A DNA stretch of 64,000 nucleotides from Acidobacteriota bacterium (GCA_963666055.2 CAXWPH010000015.1:992001-1056000); one strand, 5' to 3'. Shown: positions 19,254 to 29,484, numbered from the stretch's first letter. The notes: generated by a model not told the origin, from the sequence alone. Program-made: numbers and translations.

Positions 19254-20039
19254 ATGGCTACCCTCTCGCTCGTTGTCATCACGCGCAACGAGGAAGACAA
19301 TCTCGCCGAATGCCTCGACTCGGCTGCATGGTGCGACGAGATCGTCGTCGTCGACGACGAATCGACCGATGCGACCCGTGAAATCGCCCGTCGCCATACC
19401 GACAAGGTCTACCGAAGGAAACTGGACCGCTTCGGGCGCCAGAAGCAGTTCGCCATCGAGCAGGCGACCTGCGATTGGATCCTCGTCCTGGACGCCGACG
19501 AGAGGCTCACGGACGAGCTGGCCGACGGTATCCGCGAGGTCGTCGCGGCTGACGAAACCCGTTTCGATGGCTATCGGCTGCGACGGCTAACGTGGCTGTT
19601 CGGTGAGCCCGTGAGCTTCTCTGGGTGGTACAAATGCGTCCACCTGCGTCTGTTTCGTCGCGGCTGCGCCCGGTACGTCGATCGGCGGGTGCACGAATAC
19701 CCGGTGCTGATAAACGATGGACCGCTGGGCACACTACCAGGCCATCTGGACCATCACACATACGCAGATCTCGATGAGCTGGAATCGAAGCGCCAACGCT
19801 ACTCGAGCCTCGCGGCGGCAGACTGGTATGACACCGGTCGTCGCGTCAACTGGCTGAACGCCATCTGGTGGATGGGCGTCGTGCCGGCGGCCGCCTTCCT
19901 GCGTGAGTTGCTCGTCCAGGGCGGCTGGCGCGGCGGGCGTACCGGCCTGCGGATCGCGAAAATGGCGATGCTGTCGGACTACCAAACGATACGGAAACTC
20001 TGGAAGCTCAGTCGCGCGGCACGGGTCGCCGACTCCTAG
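19254..20039 (+). CDS. Glycosyltransferase family 2 (LPS beta-1,4-glucosyltransferase-like)
   Basis: ITRNEE, VVDDESTDAT, DWILVLDADE, LRLFRR, VHE motifs. Confidence 0.9.
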   Translation: MATLSLVVITRNEEDNLAECLDSAAWCDEIVVVDDESTDATREIARRHTDKVYRRKLDRFGRQKQFAIEQATCDWILVLDADERLTDELADGIREVVAADETRFDGYRLRRLTWLFGEPVSFSGWYKCVHLRLFRRGCARYVDRRVHEYPVLINDGPLGTLPGHLDHHTYADLDELESKRQRYSSLAAADWYDTGRRVNWLNAIWWMGVVPAAAFLRELLVQGGWRGGRTGLRIAKMAMLSDYQTIRKLWKLSRAARVADS

Positions 20040-20847
20040 GCCCGTTCGGCTGGTCGTTGAGCGTCCAGTCGTAGCCCATGATCTTCACGCGTAACGTGTC
20101 GCGATGCTCGCGGATATACGCCGCGTCGGCGTCGGGGGCGTATCGGAGCACGTAGTCGACCACGTCTTCCGCGACCATCTCGAAGTCGCCTTCGTACCAG
20201 TCGAAGTACTTCGTCAGGTACAACGTGCCCGAATCGCGGTCGAGTTGCAGTGCCCGCGGCTGTCGCAGGAACTCGTACGACTGTTGCCCGAGCCTCTCGT
20301 CGAGATTCTCGGCTCGATACGGTTCGTTCAGCAGCCGAGGACAGCCGAACGCAGCGCAGACCAGCGCCCAGTGAATGCGCTCGTCGTCGAATTTCGCGCG
20401 AAGCGTATCGTGCTCGATGTTGTCGGCGCTCATGTCGCGGCCGGCCACCGGATACTTCTGCTTGAAGAAGCCGCCGATCAGTCCCCATAGGGCCCCGACA
20501 TCGCGCACGCTCTCGAGCGGGTAACGTTCCACGACGCCCCAGATCACCACGGCGTTGTAGGCGTTGATCCAGAACGCCATACGCTCCGTGTCGCTGGTGA
20601 ACGAGGTTGGGTCGACGGCGGCGATCGCTGTCATGAACGCCTCGAGATCGGCGAACCCGGCGGCCTTCAGTCCGGCATAGTTCACCAGCCCCTCATCGTC
20701 GACATAGCCGGCGAGCACCCGCGCCCACGGCGCGTACAGATCGTCGTCGGACGCTAGCGCCCCGGCGGCCGCCAACTCGCCCACACCGATACCGCTACCG
20801 CCAGTGGCGATGACGACGAGTGCGGCAATTGCGACGAAACGGTGCAT
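20008..20847 (-). CDS. DUF547 domain secreted protein
   Basis: GLVNY, AFWINAYNA, IEH..LR, RIHWALVCAAFGCPRL, FDWYEGDF, YDWTLN. Confidence 0.9.
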   Translation of the reverse strand: MHRFVAIAALVVIATGGSGIGVGELAAAGALASDDDLYAPWARVLAGYVDDEGLVNYAGLKAAGFADLEAFMTAIAAVDPTSFTSDTERMAFWINAYNAVVIWGVVERYPLESVRDVGALWGLIGGFFKQKYPVAGRDMSADNIEHDTLRAKFDDERIHWALVCAAFGCPRLLNEPYRAENLDERLGQQSYEFLRQPRALQLDRDSGTLYLTKYFDWYEGDFEMVAEDVVDYVLRYAPDADAAYIREHRDTLRVKIMGYDWTLNDQPNGPRSRRPVPRD

Positions 20848-20957
20848 TTCGGTACTCCTGGCTCGAGGAAGCTCAGTCTCACGACCCGGGCGTGGCGTGC
20901 TATTGCGACCACGGCCCGTCTCAGGGTGTTTGGTCTCCAGGGCCGAAAAGTTACCGG

Positions 20958-21194
20958 CTATTCGGATAGATGCTGCTCGATCCAGGCGGGGTCGAAGCCG
21001 ACGCGGAACTCATCACCGATCACCACCGTCGGCGTCGCCACCTGGCCGCCTGTGATCGCCCGTAGCGTACCGAACGCGTCGTCGAGGGTCGTGATGTCGA
21101 TGGAGTCGAATTCGACTCCCTTCTGCGAAAGAAACTCCTCCGCTTGTTTGCACGGTGCTCAGCCAGGGCTGCTGTAAACGGTGATGTGTGCCAT
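20958..21194 (-). CDS. Glutaredoxin/NrdH-like selenoprotein candidate (UxxC, 78 aa)
   Basis: MAHITVYSSPG-[TGA 21161-21159]-APCKQAEEFLSQKGVEFDSIDI...ATPTVVIGDEFRVGFDP. The TGA occupies the first Cys of CxxC; GAGGG RBS upstream. Confidence 0.88.
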
Positions 21195-21213
21195 CGATTC
21201 GTCCCTCTGTTCG

Positions 21214-24200
21214 TTATCTCCCGGCGTCGAGAGCCGCGAAGTGTAACAGCGTGTTGAGTACCAATCCGTACTGCCCGTGGGTTTGATTACGCCACATCGG
21301 GTTGATGGCAAACAAGACCGCATGGCCGTCGCCCACCGGGACGTCGATGATCGCCGGTCGCGACGCCAGCGCGCCCGCGTCGCCGAGCAATCCCGAGATC
21401 AGCAGCTCGCTGCTGGAATCGTGGAAGCGCATCACCACACGGGGAACTTGATCGGGCGCCGGAACCAGATGGCCCGCCAGCAGGCGCATGCGATCGCTGA
21501 GATCCTGGCCGTCGTCGAAGTAGAGCTCCTCGTCGGCATCTTCATCATCCGCCTCGCCTTCCGACTCGTCCGCCTCGCCCTCCGACTCATCCGCCTCGCC
21601 CTCCGACTCATCCGCCTCGCCTTCCGGATCGTCCGCCTCACCTTCCGGGTCTACGTATGGCGGATGACCTGGAACCACGTCCTCGCCCCGCCGGCCGGAG
21701 GCGCGCTCGGTTTCGTCGCTCCCGCCCCCGCCGAAGCTGCGGGGCGCAGCGTCCACACGCAGCAACGGGGCGTTGCTGAAGTACACCGCCATGTCCTCAT
21801 CGTAACCGTAGGCGATGGGGCTGAGCTCGGCGGTGATCCTGGCGCTGAACAGGGCGCCGCGAGCCTTCATATCGGAGGGGGTGTCATCTATCCGCACGTA
21901 GGGCGCGATGCCGGTCTGGGTCAGGAAACCGATGGAGCTGGTGGCCGCAATGATGATGCCGCCGTGCTCGACGAAGCGCTGGATCTTGGCCACGCCATCG
22001 AATCCGATGCCCGCGGTCATGTCGTCGGTGGAGTCGATGTGACCCAAATTGGGAGTGACCTCGGTGCGTTTCCAGGCGATCGGCTGATTGCTGCGGGCGC
22101 CTTGTACGATGCGGGTAACGTCACCCCAACCGGGAGCCATGATGAGCACATCCCAGCGCTCGTTCAGATTGTCGGTTTCGCCGATCGCGTCGGTCGAGAT
22201 GTACTCATAAGGAACGCCGGCGTCGTCGAGTGCATAGCGCCACCAGCCTTCGCTCTGAGTGTTGATCCAGGTGTGGACCAGGCCGATCCGCGGTACTGGC
22301 ATGTCGTGCGCGGCGACCTCCGGAGTCGAGGAGATGGCGTTCAGCCATAGGCCGAGCTCGGTCGCCGCCCCGACCGCCCGCCGCCGCACTTCCGGGTCGC
22401 CGCCGTCGATTAGCATGCTGCCGGCCGGGTAGGTCGTGTCGCCGATGGTGAACTCGTCCTCGGCGGCGCGCATCTGCAGGTCGGCAAGCGCGAAGCGGAA
22501 GCTCGCCACCTCCGGTTCGCCGGTCGCCGCAAGCACCAGGGTGGATCCATCGCCGGAGATTCCCCCGTCCGGGGCGGTGGCATCGAGCGCCATCATGCTG
22601 ACATCGAGCACCGCGGTGTCCTTGACGCGGTAGGTGTCGACGTTGAACAGCGGGCCGAGCGACCAGCCGGTGTCGTCATAGGGTCGGGGGTCGCTGGGGT
22701 TGTAGTACTGGTAGTCGAGCAGCATGTCGGCGAGCCGGCTGTAGGGTTGATCCATGCGCACGATGATGTCGCCGGCGGCGAACTGCACCGTCTCGCTGTC
22801 GTCGGGCTGGCGCGAGGCTTCGATCTCGAACGCCTCCGAGGCGACGTGGAGCTCGATGGTCTGCGCTTGCAGCAGATCGACAAGACGCCGTGTGAGCCGC
22901 GGGCGCGGCCCGTCGGCGGGAATCAACCAGGCGGCGGGGCCCTCGCGCTGCGGCTTTTCGATCGCCCGCTTGCCCTTCCGATAGAACGTCTCCAGAAAGC
23001 GATCCTTGTTCGTCGCCACGTTGTGAAGGCCGACGACGAGCGCGCTTTGCATCAAGTTGGTGTTGTTGCGCAGCGACCACAGTACCTTCGGGGTGGGTGG
23101 GTTCATGCGGTACCAGGCGCGCTGCGACTGGCTGCCGATCTCGCGCATCTGGGTTTCCGGAACGCTGTTGCCGAACGTCTCGTAGAAGCGACCCACCGAG
23201 TTCCGCCCCATCGCCGCGTAGATCATGTAGTTGGCGGCCCAGCCATCGAAGAAGTTGAACGTCCAGACACCCGGTACGTTCCACTCGTTCATCTTCCGCA
23301 CCTCGGTCCACGCCATCTCCACCCACTCCTCGGTGGTAATGGGGTCGAGCCAGGAGTTGAACGGGCCGTGGCCACTCATGATGTACAGAAATGGTACCGA
23401 CTCGTGCAGGTCGTGCATCACCTGCGGGTGCCACTGCAGGTACGTTTCGATGGCCTGCCGGGAGAGGGTCAGCGCCAGCCCGATGCCGTCGCGGTTATTG
23501 TCGTGGGCGACGTACTTGCCCCAGTAGACGAGGTTCGGTGCGGCCTTGCCTGGGTTGGCGGCGCGATAGCGCATGATGTCGATCATGCGCTCGCGACCGT
23601 CCACCTCGACCACCGGGGTGGCCATGAAGATCAAATTGTCGCGAATCTCGTCGAAGATGGGTCGCTCGTCTACCGCGAAGCGATAGATCAGCTCCATGAG
23701 CATCTCCGGTGAGCCGGTCTCCGGCGAGTGAAGCCCGCCGGTTGCCCAGTAGATCGCCTTGCCGTGGCCGATCAACTGGGTCGCCTCTTCGTCGGTCAGG
23801 TGGCGGGGATCGGCGAGGCGAGCAGTGATCTCGCGATAACGATCGAGGTTGGCCATCGACTCGTCGCTTCCGGCGACTACGAGAATGCGCTCGCGGTTCT
23901 CCTCGGTCTCTCCCATGCGAAAGACCTGCACGCGCGGCGATGCATCGGCGACGGCCCGCATGTACGAGTGCACGTCGGCGGCGTAGGTGAGGTGTCCCTC
24001 GGCTCCGGCGATGTAGCCGTGGAAGTCGAGCGGTGTGGGGACGGTGCTCGAGGCTGGCAGCACTTCGACGATGGGCGTGAGGAACTTCTCGTCGGTGGTG
24101 TGGGCACGAATCTCGGCCCCGTAGCGTGCGTCGAGCTGCTGGCCATCCTGTGCCATCGCCGGGGCGACGACGGCAATGACCAGCGTGAGGATCGCGACTC

Positions 24201-24237
24201 GTGGTCGCCGGCGGCTACCGATCATTTCGTGGTCCAC
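21214..24237 (-). CDS. M14 zinc carboxypeptidase-family secreted protein
   Basis: Signal peptide; LHSPETGSPE, HDNNRD and HDLHES zinc-binding motifs. Confidence 0.88.
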   Translation of the reverse strand: MDHEMIGSRRRPRVAILTLVIAVVAPAMAQDGQQLDARYGAEIRAHTTDEKFLTPIVEVLPASSTVPTPLDFHGYIAGAEGHLTYAADVHSYMRAVADASPRVQVFRMGETEENRERILVVAGSDESMANLDRYREITARLADPRHLTDEEATQLIGHGKAIYWATGGLHSPETGSPEMLMELIYRFAVDERPIFDEIRDNLIFMATPVVEVDGRERMIDIMRYRAANPGKAAPNLVYWGKYVAHDNNRDGIGLALTLSRQAIETYLQWHPQVMHDLHESVPFLYIMSGHGPFNSWLDPITTEEWVEMAWTEVRKMNEWNVPGVWTFNFFDGWAANYMIYAAMGRNSVGRFYETFGNSVPETQMREIGSQSQRAWYRMNPPTPKVLWSLRNNTNLMQSALVVGLHNVATNKDRFLETFYRKGKRAIEKPQREGPAAWLIPADGPRPRLTRRLVDLLQAQTIELHVASEAFEIEASRQPDDSETVQFAAGDIIVRMDQPYSRLADMLLDYQYYNPSDPRPYDDTGWSLGPLFNVDTYRVKDTAVLDVSMMALDATAPDGGISGDGSTLVLAATGEPEVASFRFALADLQMRAAEDEFTIGDTTYPAGSMLIDGGDPEVRRRAVGAATELGLWLNAISSTPEVAAHDMPVPRIGLVHTWINTQSEGWWRYALDDAGVPYEYISTDAIGETDNLNERWDVLIMAPGWGDVTRIVQGARSNQPIAWKRTEVTPNLGHIDSTDDMTAGIGFDGVAKIQRFVEHGGIIIAATSSIGFLTQTGIAPYVRIDDTPSDMKARGALFSARITAELSPIAYGYDEDMAVYFSNAPLLRVDAAPRSFGGGGSDETERASGRRGEDVVPGHPPYVDPEGEADDPEGEADESEGEADESEGEADESEGEADDEDADEELYFDDGQDLSDRMRLLAGHLVPAPDQVPRVVMRFHDSSSELLISGLLGDAGALASRPAIIDVPVGDGHAVLFAINPMWRNQTHGQYGLVLNTLLHFAALDAGR
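21548..21647. repeat. 21-bp tandem repeat (~5 units) encoding acidic (EGEADES)n
   Basis: Unit TCCGCCTCGCCYTCCGACTCR starting at 21548, 21569, 21590, 21611 and, partially, 21632. Confidence 0.92.
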
Positions 24238-24375
24238 AGCGGAACAGTTCGAAGGGAGCGGCCGAAGCTCGGCAAGCGGATTCGGTCGCGCTCAGGTAGC
24301 CGGAGGCGGTGCCGCCAAGCGCGTCCGTGCGGCCCGGCGCGCTGTAGTAGGAGTTATGTTCGACCGAGGGTCAAG

Positions 24376-24450
24376 TGGTTGGGGCGCAGGGACTCGAACC
24401 CCGATTCTACGGTCCAGAGCCGTATGTCTTGCCAATTGGACGACGCCCCA
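24376..24450 (-). tRNA. tRNA-Gln (anticodon CTG)
   Basis: TGGGGCG acceptor stem, anticodon arm TACGG-CTCTGGA-CCGTA, GGTTCGAGTCC T-arm, encoded CCA; 75 nt. Confidence 0.96.
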
Positions 24451-24578
24451 ACCTGGAAACGAGATGGTAAGCGGCGAGTGTACCGCCCGCAATCGAGCCG
24501 AGCGGCATTCGACACGCCACCAGCGTCAGGCCACCTTCCAGCTGGCCCCAACCAGGCCCGCCACACTTCCACCACTAG

Positions 24579-24726
24579 CAGGGTGCTGAAGAACTCTGGT
24601 GGGTCTTGCTGGCGATCTCAGCGTCAGAGCTCCTCGACGATGACCCTGGCATCGCCCTCGTCGCTCTTCCTTGATCTCGCCAGCAAGACCCACCCGCCAG
24701 ACCCATCAGAGTTTTTCAGCACCCTG
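24579..24726. mobile_element. MITE (148 bp) with ~20-bp terminal inverted repeats, flanked by CTAG on both sides
   Basis: CTAG|CAGGGTGCTGAAGAACTCTG...CAGAGTTTTTCAGCACCCTG|CTAG, plus internal inverted repeat GGGTCTTGCTGGCGA/TCGCCAGCAAGACCC. No transposase. Confidence 0.85.
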
Positions 24727-27048
24727 CTAGGCGTCGAGAGGCTCGTCGGCGTCGGCGAGGGCCCCCTCGCCGTTGGCGCCGTTGCTTATGTCGCGATGCC
24801 AGACGAGCAAGCCGGGCAGCAACACCACAGCTGTCAACCAGGTGCACAGCAACCCGACGACCGCCAGCAGGCCGATCGAGCGCAACCCGGGATGATGTGC
24901 GAAAGCCATCCCGGCGTATCCCATGATTGTCGTCAACGTTGCCACGGTGATCGGCTCGAAGAGCTCCAGTTGAGTTGCGGCCGTATCGCCGTCGAGCTCT
25001 CGCCAGCGCCGGTAGTAGTGCACTCCGTGATCCACTCCGAGACCGAGCAGCGTTGGCAGCACCACCATATTGAAGAAGTTCACCCGCCATCCGAGAGCGA
25101 TCACGGCGCCGAAGGTCAACAGCAGGCTCGCTACCAGCGGTACTAGCACCCAGGCCGCCTGGTTCACGTCACGACGGTCGATGACCACCAGGATGAAGAC
25201 GCCAAGGAACGTAAGGACAACGATGAGTGGCCCCTCGCGCGTGACTAGCCAGAGGATCTCCGCCAACACCGGCTTATCGCCCGTCGGACCAAGGATGCCG
25301 GCGGGCAGCTCCAGGTCGTAGAGCTCGCGCGTGAAACGCATTGTTATGACGCCGTCCTTGCCCGGACCGGTGGCGTGCAGTCCCAGGATGTAGGCGCCGG
25401 AGCCGTCCAGCGTGACCATGTCCTGCAGCACCGACTCCGGCAGGTCCTCGACCTGCGGCAGGTTCTCCGGCATCTCGAAGCCGAGCACATCCTCGATGAC
25501 ACGGATGCGCTCCGGGTCCTCGACGCGACGTACCCATCGCCGAGCGAGCATCTCCTGGATCAGTGCCAAGGAGTCGCGCCGCAACTGCACCTCAGCCTCA
25601 TCGGGGGCGAAGTCACGCACGCTCGCGACTCGCCCGATCACCGATCCCGGCTCCGCTGCGGTACTGGCGATCAGCGCCAGCATCTCGTCGAGCGCCTCGA
25701 GGTCCTCGGCGACGTAGATCGCCGAGGGCCCGAAGAAGATCGGGTACACTTCCTCCTGTTTCTCGCGGATCGCGTCGAGCTCCTCTAGGTTGGCGCTGAA
25801 GTTGGCAAAGTCGTAGTCGAACTCGAGCAGGAACGCCGAGGCATAGGCCGAGACAATTACCAGCGTGCTCAGCAGAGCGGCCGACCAGCTCGGAGGGATT
25901 GCCAGTCGAGCACTCGGATAGCGCGGCGCGCTCGGCGTAACCAGGCCGAGTCGATGGCCGGCGCTCAACGTTGCCGGCATCACCAACAGCATGCACGCGG
26001 TCACCACCAGGATGGCCGTACCGCCAATCAGCCCGAAGTCGGAGAAGCCTCGGAAGCCCGATACCGCCAGGATGAACAGCCCGAACGACGTCGTAAGCCC
26101 CGAGGTGAAGACCGAGCGCCCGGTAGAGGTGAAGGTCTCGGCGAGCGCGACCTCCGGTGGCTGGCTGAGGATCTCGTGTCGGAAGCGTTTCACCAGGTGA
26201 ATGGAATAGTCGACCCCCATGCCAAACAGCACCATCAGCAGGAACGAGGTGATGGTGTTGAGATCGCCGACCAGATCGGGCACGAAGGCGAACGCCCATA
26301 TCAAGCCGGCCGCGATCGGATACAGCAGCACCGGAAGCACGCGCACCGACCGGAAGCTGATCGCCAGCGTCAACAGAATAGCCGCCGCCGCTACCGCGCC
26401 AGTCCGGGTGACGTCGGAGACGATGACGTCGAATTCCTCCACCCGCGTGCGCAGCGAGCCGCCGATGGAGACGACCACCCCAGCGGCGCCCGCCTCCTCG
26501 CTGGCGATGCTATCGATGCGCTGGTAGAGGTCTCGCAACCCGGTCAGGTCGGTCAGACCTTCGCTGGTCCTCAGGATCACTCCGTACATCGTGTCGTCGG
26601 CGTCGCGGTGGTACTCGGGTAGCTCGCTGTACAGCCGCACGATGCGCTCGAGATCAGATTCCTCCTCGCTTGCCGAATCGTCGAGATCGTCGAGGAACGG
26701 GTTTACCTCCGCTTCCCAGTCCTCGATCGTCTCGATAGCTGTCTCGAGCTGATCGGAAGGCACGAGACCGTAGCGGTAGCGCTCGACGAATTCGGTCGGG
26801 TAGCGGTGGTTGATATCGGTGATCTCCTCGAGCAATTGCAATCGCGCCACCGTGTGATCGACTGCCCTCTTGAGCGATTCGGGGTCGCCGTGCTCGAAGA
26901 TGAGGCTGAAGTACCCGCCGTCGCCGACCAGTGGCTCCAAGTCGCGACTCCATTGCACCGCCGGGCTGTCCTGTGGCAGCAGCCGCGTCAGGTCGGAGTC
27001 GAGGCCGAGAGTGCGCGCCCGCATGAACGCCGGGACAGTGAGCAGCAC
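24727..27048 (-). CDS. MMPL/RND family lipid transporter (HpnN-like); true start uncertain
   Basis: Two TM repeats with GMGVDYSIH and GLGVDHGVH motifs; LDSDLTRLLP after TM1. Confidence 0.88.
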   Translation of the reverse strand: MLLTVPAFMRARTLGLDSDLTRLLPQDSPAVQWSRDLEPLVGDGGYFSLIFEHGDPESLKRAVDHTVARLQLLEEITDINHRYPTEFVERYRYGLVPSDQLETAIETIEDWEAEVNPFLDDLDDSASEEESDLERIVRLYSELPEYHRDADDTMYGVILRTSEGLTDLTGLRDLYQRIDSIASEEAGAAGVVVSIGGSLRTRVEEFDVIVSDVTRTGAVAAAAILLTLAISFRSVRVLPVLLYPIAAGLIWAFAFVPDLVGDLNTITSFLLMVLFGMGVDYSIHLVKRFRHEILSQPPEVALAETFTSTGRSVFTSGLTTSFGLFILAVSGFRGFSDFGLIGGTAILVVTACMLLVMPATLSAGHRLGLVTPSAPRYPSARLAIPPSWSAALLSTLVIVSAYASAFLLEFDYDFANFSANLEELDAIREKQEEVYPIFFGPSAIYVAEDLEALDEMLALIASTAAEPGSVIGRVASVRDFAPDEAEVQLRRDSLALIQEMLARRWVRRVEDPERIRVIEDVLGFEMPENLPQVEDLPESVLQDMVTLDGSGAYILGLHATGPGKDGVITMRFTRELYDLELPAGILGPTGDKPVLAEILWLVTREGPLIVVLTFLGVFILVVIDRRDVNQAAWVLVPLVASLLLTFGAVIALGWRVNFFNMVVLPTLLGLGVDHGVHYYRRWRELDGDTAATQLELFEPITVATLTTIMGYAGMAFAHHPGLRSIGLLAVVGLLCTWLTAVVLLPGLLVWHRDISNGANGEGALADADEPLDA

Positions 27049-27467
27049 GGTGAGCCCGATCCACAGGAACGCGAACCGATGCGACCAACGGCAGACCGCG
27101 CTGATCCCCCGGTAGAAGATCGTGCGCTCGCGAGCGGTGCGACGCTGGAGTTTGCAGCTTGTCGGTCACGGGCGGATGGGTTGGGCGGGCTTGTCGTACG
27201 ACCAGCCGACAGCGCAAGCGGCAGACAGGCCATGCCCGCTAACGGTCGTGACGGGCGTCGATCGCGCCGGAAACGCGCGGCTCACCTTTCAAGGCTCTAG
27301 GAAGGGTTCGCAGGCGTCAAGCCCAGGCTTGTGCGACGGCGCTAGGCGCACCCGAGGTGGCATGCTGGCGAAGCTGCCGAACTCTGCCACTGCGCGGCGC
27401 GATGCTACGCTTAAGCTGCCGTCCCGAACGTAAACTGACCCTCCAGCCAGATCCGTTAGGAGACCCC

Positions 27468-28892
27468 ATGCGCGCCGAGCCCCATGGGCGCCAGCTGTCC
27501 CCGGCCGCCAGCCTGTTGTTAGTCACCGCCCTGCTGGTGGCGGCGAGCGCCAGCGGACAGGAGCCGCAGCCAGCCGCGCGTACCACTGTGCGTCTCGGTC
27601 TCGCTGCCGTGCTGGCGCGGGTGGTCGACTCCAACCCACTGATGCGGGCTCACCGACTGGATGTGGCTCGCGCCGAAGTTGACCTCGACCAGTGGCAGAG
27701 CTTCTGGTCGTTGCCGGAGTTACAGCTGGACAGCTACTCGGGTGTGGTTCCCGGTGCGCGCGGCGACATCTTCAATTCCCCCGACACATCCAGCGACCTG
27801 AACGATCTCGGCCCGTTCTTCAGAGGCCAGATCGGGTTTGCCATTCCGGTGTACGGATTCGGGCGGCTTCGACATGGCACGGCGGCGGCGCGTGGCGTGG
27901 TGGAGGCCAAGGCATCGGAGAGTCAGCGGGCCCGCGACGAGTTGTCGAGGGAGGTCATCCGCACCTATTGGGGGGCGCTGTCGGCCGGCCGCGCCTTCGG
28001 TATCGCGGAGGATATGCGCAGTTCCTACGACGAGCTCCTCGAGCAGGCCGAGGAAAAGCTCGATACAGGCGATATCGACCCCAACGATGCCTGGGAGATC
28101 CGCGCTGGCAAGTACGACGTCGACGCGGTCTACCTGGAGGCGCGTCAGACCGAGCGGCTACTGCGCAATGCGCTTGCCAAGCTGATGGGCTTTGACAGCG
28201 GCAATGCCTATGAGCTCCGGGACGACGGGATGCCGGCGGTGGCTCTTGCCCGCGCCGCCCTGCCTGCCCTGCAGGCGGTGGCCATTGAGCGTAATCCGCA
28301 GCTCCGCGCCCTTGCCGCTATCGCCGGTGCGCTCGACGAGGCCATGGGGCTGAGCCGGAGCAATCGCTGGCCGCTCATCCTGATCGGTGGCGGGTTCGGC
28401 TACGCGCGCTCGTCGGCGCGCGACGATCAGAAAAACCCGTTTGCCTACGACGAGTTCAACTTCACACGCGTCGGAGCTGCGCTGAATGTGCGCTGGGACC
28501 TCAACTTTGCCCGCCACAGCCTGGATATCGCCCGTCGGAGAATCGAGCGTGACGCCACCCTGGCTCGCCGGCAGGCGTTGCAAATGAGTGTCGAGCTTGA
28601 CGTTGCGCGTGCCCTCGAAGCCGTGCTGAAGAACGTTGATTTGCAGGATGCGGCCCGCCAGACGCGCCGGGAAACACGTCGCTGGCTACGGTCTGCGGGC
28701 GACGACTTCGACCTAGGGATCGGTGAGGCGCAGCCCCTCATCAAGGCCTACCGTGCCGACTATCGTTTACAGCAGGAAGTCGTTAAGAGAGAATATGAGT
28801 TGATGGTCTCCTTGGCCGAGTTGGCCTTTGTTATCGGAGACCTTTCTTCATACCTACAGTGGATTGCTGATGGCCAAGTCGTCCTCGACTAG
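27468..28892 (+). CDS. TolC-family outer-membrane protein
   Basis: AGGAG RBS, signal peptide, duplicated OEP repeat (DSNPLMRA / ERNPQLRA) with long helices. Confidence 0.82.
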   Translation: MRAEPHGRQLSPAASLLLVTALLVAASASGQEPQPAARTTVRLGLAAVLARVVDSNPLMRAHRLDVARAEVDLDQWQSFWSLPELQLDSYSGVVPGARGDIFNSPDTSSDLNDLGPFFRGQIGFAIPVYGFGRLRHGTAAARGVVEAKASESQRARDELSREVIRTYWGALSAGRAFGIAEDMRSSYDELLEQAEEKLDTGDIDPNDAWEIRAGKYDVDAVYLEARQTERLLRNALAKLMGFDSGNAYELRDDGMPAVALARAALPALQAVAIERNPQLRALAAIAGALDEAMGLSRSNRWPLILIGGGFGYARSSARDDQKNPFAYDEFNFTRVGAALNVRWDLNFARHSLDIARRRIERDATLARRQALQMSVELDVARALEAVLKNVDLQDAARQTRRETRRWLRSAGDDFDLGIGEAQPLIKAYRADYRLQQEVVKREYELMVSLAELAFVIGDLSSYLQWIADGQVVLD

Positions 28893-29484
28893 CCTCGTGA
28901 CGTCGGTGCTCTTTCTGGGCGTGATAGCGGTTGGCCAGGCCGCGGAAAATATCACCACCCCGATGGAGACGGTCCGCGCGTCGAACGAGGCGATTTCCGC
29001 CATTCTCGCGGAGCATGACCCTCTCGATGCCGAGGGGGAGGCACGTGTCTACCAGGTCATGAACGACGTCACCGACTTCGCAACGATGTCGACCGGCGCG
29101 ATCGATGAGATCTGTGTGGAGCACGAGCTGACCGACGAGAAGTGCGGTGAGTGGAAGACCGTCTTCGGTGATTTGCTACGCATTCGTTCCATAAAGGGGG
29201 TGGGCCGCTACCGAGCGGACCGCTTCGACTACCTGAACGAGGAGATCGACGGCGAGCAAGCGGTGGTCAACACCCTGGCCTACTTCGAGGGCGACGACAT
29301 TGCCCTCGACTACGAGCTCATGCTACGCGACGACCGGTGGCTGATCGTCAACTACGTCGTCGACGACGTTGACACCGCTCGTAGTTGGAGCCGCCGCTTT
29401 ATCCGCCTGCTGAGGACCGAAACCGTCGACGATGTTATTCGGCGGCTGCGGGACCGGATCGAGGAGTTCCACACGGACTCCTGA
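28870..29484 (+). CDS. MlaC/Ttg2D/HpnM-like periplasmic lipid-binding protein
   Basis: Signal peptide; TDFATMS, ALDYEL...WLIVNYVVDDV, F..LL....DDVIRRLR match the MlaC pattern. Confidence 0.8.
   Translation: MAKSSSTSLVTSVLFLGVIAVGQAAENITTPMETVRASNEAISAILAEHDPLDAEGEARVYQVMNDVTDFATMSTGAIDEICVEHELTDEKCGEWKTVFGDLLRIRSIKGVGRYRADRFDYLNEEIDGEQAVVNTLAYFEGDDIALDYELMLRDDRWLIVNYVVDDVDTARSWSRRFIRLLRTETVDDVIRRLRDRIEEFHTDS

Noticed and set aside
24376-24450. tRNA-Gln as an island integration site
   Set aside because: No integrase and no duplicated tRNA 3' end seen in the window.
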